A DNA stretch of 32,000 nucleotides. It comes from Microcystis aeruginosa NIES-2549 (GTDB lineage Bacteria; Cyanobacteriota; Cyanobacteriia; Cyanobacteriales; Microcystaceae). A model generated the notes under the pieces. The model had not been told where the DNA came from, ran no database searches, and was given only the letters and a program-made list of their open reading frames with translations. Where the stretch lies: the NCBI RefSeq assembly GCF_000981785.2, contig NZ_CP011304.1, forward strand, positions 2,970,001-3,002,000, written 5' to 3'. Position numbers and translations under genes: made by a program. This document shows positions 17,401 to 24,711 of the stretch, piece by piece. How positions within the stretch are numbered: position 1 is the first letter of the stretch; every line of letters begins with the position of its first letter.

Positions 17401-20400
17401 ATCCCAACTAATACTGTTGATTTAGAGATTATTCCCGTGTCACGGGATCAGGATTTACCCCTCTCTTTTGCTCAACAGCGACTCTGGTTTTTACACCAAC
17501 TTTCCCCCGATAGTCATTCCTATAATCTGTTGGACGCTTTACGGTTAGAAGGCTCCCTCAATCTGTTGGCTTTAGAACAAAGTCTCAGCGAACTAATTCG
17601 CCGTCATGAAATTTTAAGAACCACTTTTCCCATGATTGAAGGGCAACCAATTCAGCGCATTGCTCCCCCTTCCCCCGTCAGTTTACCCCTAGAAGATTTA
17701 CAAAATTTATCAAAGAATGAACAGACAGAACATTTGCAAGAAATAGCGATTGCTTTCTCCTTAAAACCCTTTAATCTAGCCAAGGAATCCTTAGTCCAAT
17801 TTAAGTTACTTAAACTCAGTTCCCAAGAGTATGTATTGCTGTTGAAGATGCACCATATTATTTACGATGGTTGGTCTTTGAGCATCTTCTTTGATGAATT
17901 ATCGCAACTTTATGCGGCCTTTGTCCGGGGGTTGCCTTCCCCTCTCGCTAAATTATCGATTCAATACGCCGATTTTGCCGTATGGCAACGTCAATGGCTC
18001 ACCGGTGAAGTCTTGGAACGTCAACTTAATTACTGGCAAAAACAGTTACAAGATGCACCTACTATTTTAGAATTGCCGACGGATTATCCCCGTCCTCCAA
18101 TTCCTAGTTTCCGGGGTGATGGGCAGGTTTTTCGCCTGAATCAAGACTTAACGCAACGCCTCAAAAGGTTAAGTCAAGAGTCAGGAGCAACGCTATTTAT
18201 GACTTTACTGGCGGCTTTTTTTGTCCTAATTTCTCGTTATAGTGGTCAATTAGATGTGTTGGTGGGTTCTCCCATCGCTAATCGTAATAGTTCGGCAATT
18301 GAGAAATTAATGGGCTTTTTTGCCAATACTTTGGCTTTAAGGGGTGATATGTCGGGAAATCCGAGTTTTCTGGAGTTATTAGAACGAGTAAAGCAAACAA
18401 CTTTATCAGCTTATGCTCATCAAGATTTGCCTTTTGAAATGTTAGTAGAAAAATTACAATTAAACCGCGATTTAAGTCACAATCCTTTGATACAGGTAAT
18501 GTTCTCACTGCAAAATACTCCCCAATCTGAGGCCAGTTTATCTGGCTTAAAGATGGAGAGTTTGCCTTTATCTGTTGAGCTTAAAGCGCGATTTGATTTA
18601 GAGGTAAATTTTTGGGAAGTTTCTGATCGTTTAGAAGCGGTTTGGTGTTATAGTACGGATTTGTTTGCTGCCCCCACCATTAACCAAATGGGGCAACATT
18701 TTCAAAATCTCTTAACTGCGATTGCAGCTAATCCCAATATGGGAATTTTTGAGTTATCAATGTTAAGTGATGAAGAACGTTATCAATTGTTATCATTGTG
18801 GAACGAAACTCACACAGATTATCCCTCTGATAAATGTATTCATCAATTATTTGAAGAACAGGTAAAACGCACACCCGATGCGGTAGCAGTGGTATGTTCA
18901 GAGCAAAAATTAACCTACAATGAATTAAATTATCGTGCTAATCAATTAGCTCATTACCTGCAAAAATTAGTAGTAAAACCAGATGAATTAGTGGGGATTT
19001 GTCTAGAGCGTTCCTTAGACATGATTGTGGGATTATTGGCTATTCTTAAAGTCGGTGGAGCTTATGTTCCTATTGACCCAGATTATCCCCAAGAACGCAT
19101 TAGCTTCATGCTCCAAGATACCCAAGTTAAAATAATATTAACCTGCGAATCTTTACAGAATTCCTTGCCAAATCATCAGACTATTGTTATCTGTTTAGAC
19201 AAAGATTGGGAACAAATTAATCAGGCAAGTCAGGAGAATCTGAACAGCACAGTTTCTGCGGATAATTTAGCCTACGTTATTTATACTTCTGGTTCTACAG
19301 GAATACCCAAGGGTGTTATCGTCACTCATCAAGCAGTTAATCGACTGGTATTAAATACTAATTACATCCAGTTTACTCCTGATGACCGCGTTGTTCAAGC
19401 GTCTAATATTGCTTTTGATGCCGCTACTTTTGAAATTTGGGGGGCTTTACTTAACGGTGCTAAGATTATTATTATCGCTAAATCAGTTTTGCTCTCACCC
19501 CAAGAATTGGCACTAAGCTTAAAGGAAAATCGGATTAGTGTCTTATTTTTAACCACAGCACTTTTTAATCAGTTAGCCAATTTAGTTCCGCAAGCTTTTA
19601 GTAGCTTACGCTGCTTACTATTTGGGGGTGAAGCAGTTGAACCAAAATGGGTACAAGAGGTACTAGAAAAAGGTGCGCCACAACGGTTGCTTCATGTCTA
19701 TGGTCCAACGGAAAATACAACGTTTTCTTCTTGGTATTTAGTGGAAAACGTAGCTTCTACAGCCACAACTATTCCCATTGGCAAAGCGATTGCCAATACC
19801 CAAATCTATTTGCTGGATAAAAATCTCCAACCTGTCCCGATTGGTGTAGTAGGAGAATTACATATTGGTGGCGCAGGATTAGCCAAAGGTTATCTCAATC
19901 GTCCCCAATTAACCCAAGAAAAATTTATTCCTAATCCTTTTAGTAATTACCCAGATTCCCGTCTCTATAAAACGGGAGACTTAGCGCGTTATTTACCCGA
20001 TGGTAATATTGAATATGTAGGACGGATTGACAATCAAGTAAAAATTCGCGGCTTCCGTATTGAATTGGGAGAAATTGAGGCTGTACTTAGTCAAAATCAG
20101 GCGGTACAGTCTTCTTGTGTGATTGTTCGTGAAGACAATCCGGGGGAAAAACAGTTAGTTGCCTATATTGTACCTAAGCTAGGAGTAAAGCTAACAAGTG
20201 GCGATTTGCGTCAATTTCTTAGCCATAAATTGCCCGGTTATATGGTTCCGGGTGCTTTTGTGATGCTGGAGTTTTTCCCTTTAACAGCTAACGGAAAAAT
20301 TGATCGCCGTGCGTTAAAAGCTCCTAGTAACCCCAGTGATTCAGACAGATTTATTGAAGCGCGTAATCAGTTAGAATTAAACCTAGTACAAATCTGGTCA

Positions 20401-21450
20401 AAAGTGCTAAAAATTGACAAAGTTAGCGTGCATGATAACTTTTTTGACCTCGGTGGCCATTCCCTTTTAGCTCCTTATTTAATCACCCAAATTAAAGAAC
20501 AGTTAGGCAAGGAAATTGCCGTAACAACACTGTTTCAAAACCCAACTATTGAACAGTTAGCGACCATTATCCAAACCGATGCAGATTCCTCTAACCAGTC
20601 TTGTTTGGTTCCCATTCAACCCCAGGGTTCAAAGCCTCCTTTCTTCTGTGTTCCAGGCGCCGGAGGACGACCATTTTATTTTTACCATTTAGGACGTTAT
20701 TTAGGAAAAGATCAACCTTTCTACAGTTTTGAAAATGATCTCTATCAACAGTTTGGAGAAATCACTCGCATTGAGGATATAGCCAGTATTTATCTTAAAG
20801 CCATGCAGGATTTACAACCCCAAGGACCCTACTTTTTGGGAGGACATTCCTACGGTGGTAATGTGGCTTTTGAAATGGCTCAACAGTTGGTTAATCAGGG
20901 TGAACAAGTGGCATTACTAGCAATCATTGATTCTTCAGCACCCACTTATAAAGACAAACAAATTTTGCTTGATTATATTAATTGGGATCATGCGCGATGG
21001 TTAGCTGAAGTCAGCAAAGGTATCGAAGTTTATTTAGATAAAACCATCGATATTTCCTATGAAACTCTTCAACTCTTAACAGTGGAGGAACAATTAAAAT
21101 ACGCCTTAAACTTTTTTAAACTGGCTAATATGCTTCCTCCCAATGCGGAAACTAGACAGCTTGAAAAAATTGTCCAAGCCTATAAAACTAGCTGTTTATG
21201 TCTGATTGATTATCTCCCTAAACAGACTTATCCGGGTAAAATTACGATTATACGGGCCAGTGAGGAATTATCTGATGATCCAAATAAAGATTTAATAGCT
21301 GGAGATTGCGAGGATTCCTCTTTAGGCTGGAGTGAATTTTCTACAGAGCCAGTTGAGATTCATTTCGTCCTAGGAAATCATGTCTCGATTATGGTGGAAC
21401 CCCATGTCCAGATTTTAGCCGAAGAGTTAAAAGTTTGCCTTGAGATTTGA
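17233..21450 (+). CDS. mcnC: Terminal NRPS module: N-terminal docking domain-C-A(Ile)-T-TE, McnC-like
   Basis: GTG start at 17233, with GGAGG 10 nt upstream. Motifs: HHIIYDGWS (~17848), YTSGSTGIPKG (~19285), FFDLGGHSLLA (~20440), thioesterase GGHSYGG (~20838-20858). By-eye A-domain code D-A-F-F-L-G-V-T-F (Ile). Confidence 0.9.
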   Translation: MKVGDFLAYLKGLEIKLWLEGEKLRFQAPKGVMTPEIKEEIAAKKPEILDFLRAAKIPTNTVDLEIIPVSRDQDLPLSFAQQRLWFLHQLSPDSHSYNLLDALRLEGSLNLLALEQSLSELIRRHEILRTTFPMIEGQPIQRIAPPSPVSLPLEDLQNLSKNEQTEHLQEIAIAFSLKPFNLAKESLVQFKLLKLSSQEYVLLLKMHHIIYDGWSLSIFFDELSQLYAAFVRGLPSPLAKLSIQYADFAVWQRQWLTGEVLERQLNYWQKQLQDAPTILELPTDYPRPPIPSFRGDGQVFRLNQDLTQRLKRLSQESGATLFMTLLAAFFVLISRYSGQLDVLVGSPIANRNSSAIEKLMGFFANTLALRGDMSGNPSFLELLERVKQTTLSAYAHQDLPFEMLVEKLQLNRDLSHNPLIQVMFSLQNTPQSEASLSGLKMESLPLSVELKARFDLEVNFWEVSDRLEAVWCYSTDLFAAPTINQMGQHFQNLLTAIAANPNMGIFELSMLSDEERYQLLSLWNETHTDYPSDKCIHQLFEEQVKRTPDAVAVVCSEQKLTYNELNYRANQLAHYLQKLVVKPDELVGICLERSLDMIVGLLAILKVGGAYVPIDPDYPQERISFMLQDTQVKIILTCESLQNSLPNHQTIVICLDKDWEQINQASQENLNSTVSADNLAYVIYTSGSTGIPKGVIVTHQAVNRLVLNTNYIQFTPDDRVVQASNIAFDAATFEIWGALLNGAKIIIIAKSVLLSPQELALSLKENRISVLFLTTALFNQLANLVPQAFSSLRCLLFGGEAVEPKWVQEVLEKGAPQRLLHVYGPTENTTFSSWYLVENVASTATTIPIGKAIANTQIYLLDKNLQPVPIGVVGELHIGGAGLAKGYLNRPQLTQEKFIPNPFSNYPDSRLYKTGDLARYLPDGNIEYVGRIDNQVKIRGFRIELGEIEAVLSQNQAVQSSCVIVREDNPGEKQLVAYIVPKLGVKLTSGDLRQFLSHKLPGYMVPGAFVMLEFFPLTANGKIDRRALKAPSNPSDSDRFIEARNQLELNLVQIWSKVLKIDKVSVHDNFFDLGGHSLLAPYLITQIKEQLGKEIAVTTLFQNPTIEQLATIIQTDADSSNQSCLVPIQPQGSKPPFFCVPGAGGRPFYFYHLGRYLGKDQPFYSFENDLYQQFGEITRIEDIASIYLKAMQDLQPQGPYFLGGHSYGGNVAFEMAQQLVNQGEQVALLAIIDSSAPTYKDKQILLDYINWDHARWLAEVSKGIEVYLDKTIDISYETLQLLTVEEQLKYALNFFKLANMLPPNAETRQLEKIVQAYKTSCLCLIDYLPKQTYPGKITIIRASEELSDDPNKDLIAGDCEDSSLGWSEFSTEPVEIHFVLGNHVSIMVEPHVQILAEELKVCLEI
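18835..19941 (+). repeat. Near-identical A-domain segment, copy 2 (McnC-like)
   Basis: See 10756-11862. Identity drops sharply upstream, in the C domain/linker. Downstream it ends exactly at the A6-A7 loop. Confidence 0.95.
20600..21447 (+). other. Type I thioesterase (macrocyclising release) domain, approximate bounds
   Basis: FFCVPGAGGRPFYFYHLG, then the GGHSYGG nucleophile elbow, then a C-terminal GNHVSIM histidine region, all after the last PCP. Confidence 0.85.
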
Positions 21451-21510
21451 TACCAAACCCGTTTTTAAGACTATGGTTAACTCCCAATCCAACTTGAAAA
21501 ACCCAGTTAT

Positions 21511-21567
21511 GTACCTAAGCAAAATTAGTGACACATTTCGATAAAGCTTTTGCCTTTTGCCTCTTGC
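21511..21567 (+). repeat. ~50-bp dispersed repeat, copy 1 (inverted partner at 31203-31252)
   Basis: gtacctaagcaaaattagtgacacatttcgataaagcttttgccttttgcctcttgc. It matches the reverse complement of 31203-31252 with 2 mismatches and one extra ttttgcc heptamer. Confidence 0.85.
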
Positions 21568-21685
21568 ATGAGTGCCTATCTTCAGTAGGAAATTTATTTT
21601 GCAAGACTACTTATCAATTGTTTCTCCCCAATCTCCTCTATCTTTTAAACAGGATTTAATCTAAGAACTGACGATTTTCTACAAG

Positions 21686-21714
21686 TTGTGTGAACAGTAA
21701 GACTAATGTAGAAT
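21686..21714 (+). promoter_or_regulatory. Candidate sigma70-type promoter for the 159/184-aa ORF
   Basis: TTGTGT (21686-21691), a 17-nt spacer, then TAGAAT (21709-21714), about 115 nt upstream of the SD-preceded ATG at 21832. Confidence 0.4.
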
Positions 21715-21831
21715 GCTGCAAGGCATCTGATTGCTAGACAGCCGATTTGTATTCTTTTGCCTTACCATGGATTTTATATGACTGAAATCCCGACCAACCA
21801 ATCCAACTTAGTGATTTTAGGAGTCTCATCA

Positions 21832-22311
21832 ATGACGGAAACTACTGAAACGGCCATTCCCCATGATTTTCTCGAAATTAATCCCACAGACATCAACAAA
21901 AAACTTGTCTCCTGGGGAATTTCTCTGGATGAAGTTGTTCAAAAACTTGCATCTCTTGGACTCCCCGGCATTATTTTCATTATTGCTGTTGCCGCATCCG
22001 GTGGTACTGCCTATCCTGCGATTTACGCACTTTTTGGGTTAGGCGGTCCGCTGGGACTAATTGGTGGACTTGGGGTCTTAGGCATCTCTACCATTATTGG
22101 TGACATTGTTACGCGTTATGGCATTGAGGCACTGCTTAAAACGGTCTATCTCAAACGTCGTGAAACAGAAACTCAAGAATATCTCATCAATGAGTTGGAA
22201 GGTTTACCAATTTCTCAAGTTCTAAAACTTAACCTGAAAAAGGCTATTGAAGTAGAAATTGCTGCCGAAGAACCCATTGCTCCCAAAGAAGTCGAAATTG
22301 CTGAAGAGTAG
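21832..22311 (+). CDS. Hypothetical membrane protein with glycine-zipper segment
   Basis: The ATG at 21832 is preceded by AGGAG (21819-21823) with an 8-nt spacer. The track ORF extends to a TTG at 21757, and another ATG lies at 21778. The central hydrophobic region GLPGIIFIIAVAASGGTAYPAIYALFGLGGPLGLIGGLGVLGISTIIG carries GxxxG repeats. The C-terminal tail is acidic. I do not recognise a family. Confidence 0.55.
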   Translation: MTETTETAIPHDFLEINPTDINKKLVSWGISLDEVVQKLASLGLPGIIFIIAVAASGGTAYPAIYALFGLGGPLGLIGGLGVLGISTIIGDIVTRYGIEALLKTVYLKRRETETQEYLINELEGLPISQVLKLNLKKAIEVEIAAEEPIAPKEVEIAEE

Positions 22312-22397
22312 TTTTAACTTGACTAAGCACTTTCTCCCTCCTCTCTCCTGCTGCCCTCACCGGCAAATTGACTTTTTCAGCAAACCCTAAATACAAC

Positions 22398-22450
22398 AAA
22401 AAACCGCCATAAATCTTACTCCTGCTTGACTTATGGCGGTGGTTGTTTTC
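22398..22450. terminator. Bidirectional intrinsic terminator between convergent genes
   Basis: 9-bp stem ccgccataa (22404-22412) / ttatggcgg (22431-22439). It is flanked by A6 on the plus strand (T6 on the minus strand, downstream of the small ORF) and by tggttgttttc on the plus side. Confidence 0.65.
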
Positions 22451-22483
22451 TGTGTGAATTACTGAAAGCAATCTTGAAATTAA

Positions 22484-22648
22484 TTAACTATCTTCCCAGT
22501 CAGAAGGCCATTTCCAAGTCCAAACGGGAGCCGGTTCAGAATCGGGGGGGGAATCGGGAGTCGGAGCCTCGTCTTGGTCCACAGATAAAAAACGAGCAAA
22601 GAAGGGTATTGCTTTACTTTGTTCGGTATTGGGATAATTCATGGTCAT
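22484..22648 (-). CDS. mdnA: Microviridin-type (omega-ester peptide/graspetide) precursor peptide, MdnA-like, stand-alone
   Basis: The reverse complement translates to MTMNYPNTEQSKAIPFFARFLSVDQDEAPTPDSPPDSEPAPVWTWKWPSDWEDS*. It carries the PFFARFL leader motif and the T-x-K-x-P-S-D-x-E-D core spacing. AGGA lies 7 nt upstream of the second ATG (22642), which is the likelier start. A terminator hairpin lies downstream. The ORF is not in the supplied track because it is too short. Confidence 0.8.
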   Translation of the reverse strand: MTMNYPNTEQSKAIPFFARFLSVDQDEAPTPDSPPDSEPAPVWTWKWPSDWEDS

Positions 22649-22702
22649 TCCTAGTTTTGAGTAGCAGCTTTTTCAAGATAGCTGCGATTACCTTGTGATA
22701 GT

Positions 22703-22731
22703 AACATATATTGCCGTCTTACTCAAGTCAA
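22703..22731 (-). promoter_or_regulatory. Candidate promoter for the MdnA-like ORF
   Basis: On the minus strand: TTGACT (22731-22726), a 17-nt spacer, then TATGTT (22708-22703), about 55 nt upstream of the ATG. Confidence 0.35.
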
Positions 22732-23061
22732 ATACTCACCTTACCCGCACTCCCATCGGTGACACTTATAGCTTTATTCAGGGTCATCAGGTACGCCAAT
22801 TTTCTTCCCTGTTCTCCGCTCCCCATTCCTAATTCAAAAGCGATAACTTCTGTCCCTCACCAGATATGATAATATAGATTGATGGTTATAGGTTAATTGA
22901 TAAAAACTTTTTTTACCATTAAATTGGGCTGTTAGTTGAACCTCTAAGGGAAATTTATCAGTATCTAAGGGAAAAGGTGTGGCTCCTTTTTTTTATATCG
23001 CCTCAGCCACGCGGTCAATATCTAGTGCCTTAACAGGAGTTTGGCAAGCATTGCTATAACC

Positions 23062-23082
23062 CACTTCTCACTTCTCACTTCC
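23062..23082 (+). repeat. Heptamer tandem repeat (cacttct x3, last copy cacttcc)
   Basis: Read directly from the sequence. STRR-like short tandem repeat in the intergenic region upstream of the methyltransferase. Confidence 0.6.
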
Positions 23083-23149
23083 CGCTCTACTAAGCCCAAT
23101 CGTGTTAAACTAATGTAGTTTTTGCCGAGAGAGTTAAGTGAGTTGAAAA

Positions 23150-23938
23150 ATGGATAAAAATGAATGGATTGCTAGATTCGATGATTTAATTTGTAGTCCT
23201 TCGATTCGAGAGTTTTATGGTGAAAGAGAGTTTTTTAATGTCGGTTATTGGCTCTCCCATACCCAAGATCAACAGGAAGCATCCTCTACTCTGATGGAGA
23301 AACTTTTAGAATTTATTCCCAACAAACAGGGAACAATTCTTGATGTTGGCTGTGGTTTAGGAGCAACTACCCATTATCTTCTCAAATATTACCCATTGAT
23401 AGCAATTGTGGGGATTAACATTTCTCCGACACAAATTTCCAGAAGTCTCTTGAATTTTCCCGAGGGTAAATTTCTGTTAATGGACGCAGTAGAGATGGAT
23501 TTTGCCGATCATTCTTTTGAGCAAATTATTTGTGTAGAAGCGGCTTTTTATTTTAATACCAGGCGGCAATTCCTACAAGAAGCTTGGCGAGTATTAAAGC
23601 CGGGGGGAACCTTAATTCTCTCAGATCTGAGTTTTGCCACAACGGAACTTTTAGGTGATTGGACAGTTCCCCAAGCAAACACGGTCAAAGATATGGCAGA
23701 GTATCAAAATCTTTATCAACAGGCAGGGTTTAAAGATGTTCAATTTGTCGAGGTGACGGAGGAGTGCTGGTTCAGACATTTTCGCCATCTTAAGTCTTGG
23801 TTAACAGAGGAATTGCAATCGGGAAAATTAGACGAAGAAACCTATAATTTAAACATTAAGCCTCTGGATAATTTGCTAAGTTCCTCGGCCATAACTTATT
23901 GGTTAGTTGCTGCCCAAAAGCCAGTAAATATACTGTAA
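23150..23938 (+). CDS. Class I SAM-dependent methyltransferase (natural-product type)
   Basis: Motif I ILDVGCGLGATT, post-I/II region LLMDAVEMDF, and LKPGGTLILSD. The N-terminal FFNVGYW resembles the xGYW motif of small-molecule O/N-methyltransferases. Confidence 0.8.
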   Translation: MDKNEWIARFDDLICSPSIREFYGEREFFNVGYWLSHTQDQQEASSTLMEKLLEFIPNKQGTILDVGCGLGATTHYLLKYYPLIAIVGINISPTQISRSLLNFPEGKFLLMDAVEMDFADHSFEQIICVEAAFYFNTRRQFLQEAWRVLKPGGTLILSDLSFATTELLGDWTVPQANTVKDMAEYQNLYQQAGFKDVQFVEVTEECWFRHFRHLKSWLTEELQSGKLDEETYNLNIKPLDNLLSSSAITYWLVAAQKPVNIL

Positions 23939-23976
23939 TAGTTGTCAGTTTTTCTTGAATTTTTGGAGACAAAAAA

Positions 23977-24711
23977 ATGTTTGATTCCTTATCGGGTAAA
24001 AAAGTCGTTATTATTGGTGCAAACTCGGGGATTGACCTAGCGATTGCCGAAAAATTGCTCTCCCTGGGGGCAAAAGTGGTGCTTTCCCATGCTTCTCAAG
24101 AGAAATTAGCTGCCGCTGTTGCCCTAATTTCCGGGGAGATTGAAGCCAAAACTGTTAATTTTTTAGAAGAAGATTCTGTTAATGCCTTTTTTGCAGAAAT
24201 TGGCAACTTTGACCATTTAGTAGTCACCTCTCTGGGAGACAGAAATATGCCGCGAGCCTTATTAACCGAAATGACCGCAGAAACGGCCCGGGGAGGTATG
24301 GAGAAATTCTGGGCAACCTTTTTAGCAGTGCGTGGCTCCCTGAAAACTTTGGCCAAGGACGGTTCTATTACCCTGACATCCAGCGTCACTATGTTCAAAT
24401 ATTCCAAAATGGGCGGAATTTCTGTCCTAGCCGCCGCTAATAGTGCCGTAGCCGTATTTGGACGCGCCCTCGCCCTAGAACTCGCTCCTATTCGCGTTAA
24501 CGTTGTTGCCCCCGGATTAATAGAAGATACAAGTATCTGGAGCAGTCAAGGTGATTCGGAACGCTCCGACCTGAGCAAATGGGCGGTTTCTGCTCTACCT
24601 GTCGAACATTTAGGGCAACCCGAAGAAGTCGCCCTAGCAGTATTGAGTTTGATTATCAACCCCTATATGACAGGTGTAGTTTTACCCGTGGACGGTGGAG
24701 TTACTCTTTAA
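23977..24711 (+). CDS. Short-chain dehydrogenase/reductase family protein, atypical (no canonical YxxxK by eye)
   Basis: GGAG lies 8 nt upstream of the ATG. Rossmann start KKVVIIGANSGIDLA. SDR-like ...ITLTSSV...ELAPIRVNVVAPGLI and a C-terminal TGVVLPVDGG. Aligning back from ELAP puts Leu151 and Asn155 where the catalytic Tyr and Lys are expected. Confidence 0.75.
   Translation: MFDSLSGKKVVIIGANSGIDLAIAEKLLSLGAKVVLSHASQEKLAAAVALISGEIEAKTVNFLEEDSVNAFFAEIGNFDHLVVTSLGDRNMPRALLTEMTAETARGGMEKFWATFLAVRGSLKTLAKDGSITLTSSVTMFKYSKMGGISVLAAANSAVAVFGRALALELAPIRVNVVAPGLIEDTSIWSSQGDSERSDLSKWAVSALPVEHLGQPEEVALAVLSLIINPYMTGVVLPVDGGVTL

Noticed and set aside
2503-18508. Short antisense or off-frame ORFs inside the NRPS genes (2503-2766, 5804-6088, 7212-7424, 8061-8258, 9795-10076, 10416-10652, 13835-14167, 18278-18508)
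   Set aside because: All are embedded in long ORFs with unmistakable NRPS motifs. They have no recognisable motifs or start contexts of their own. Chance ORFs of this size are expected in 21 kb of coding sequence.
22426-22698. 90-aa plus-strand ORF from the track covering the small-ORF locus
   Set aside because: It has a non-ATG start, no SD, and a low-complexity, Arg/Lys-rich odd composition. It is exactly antisense to an ORF with strong family-specific motifs (PFFARFL, KxPSDxE). It also reads through the terminator hairpin at 22404-22439.
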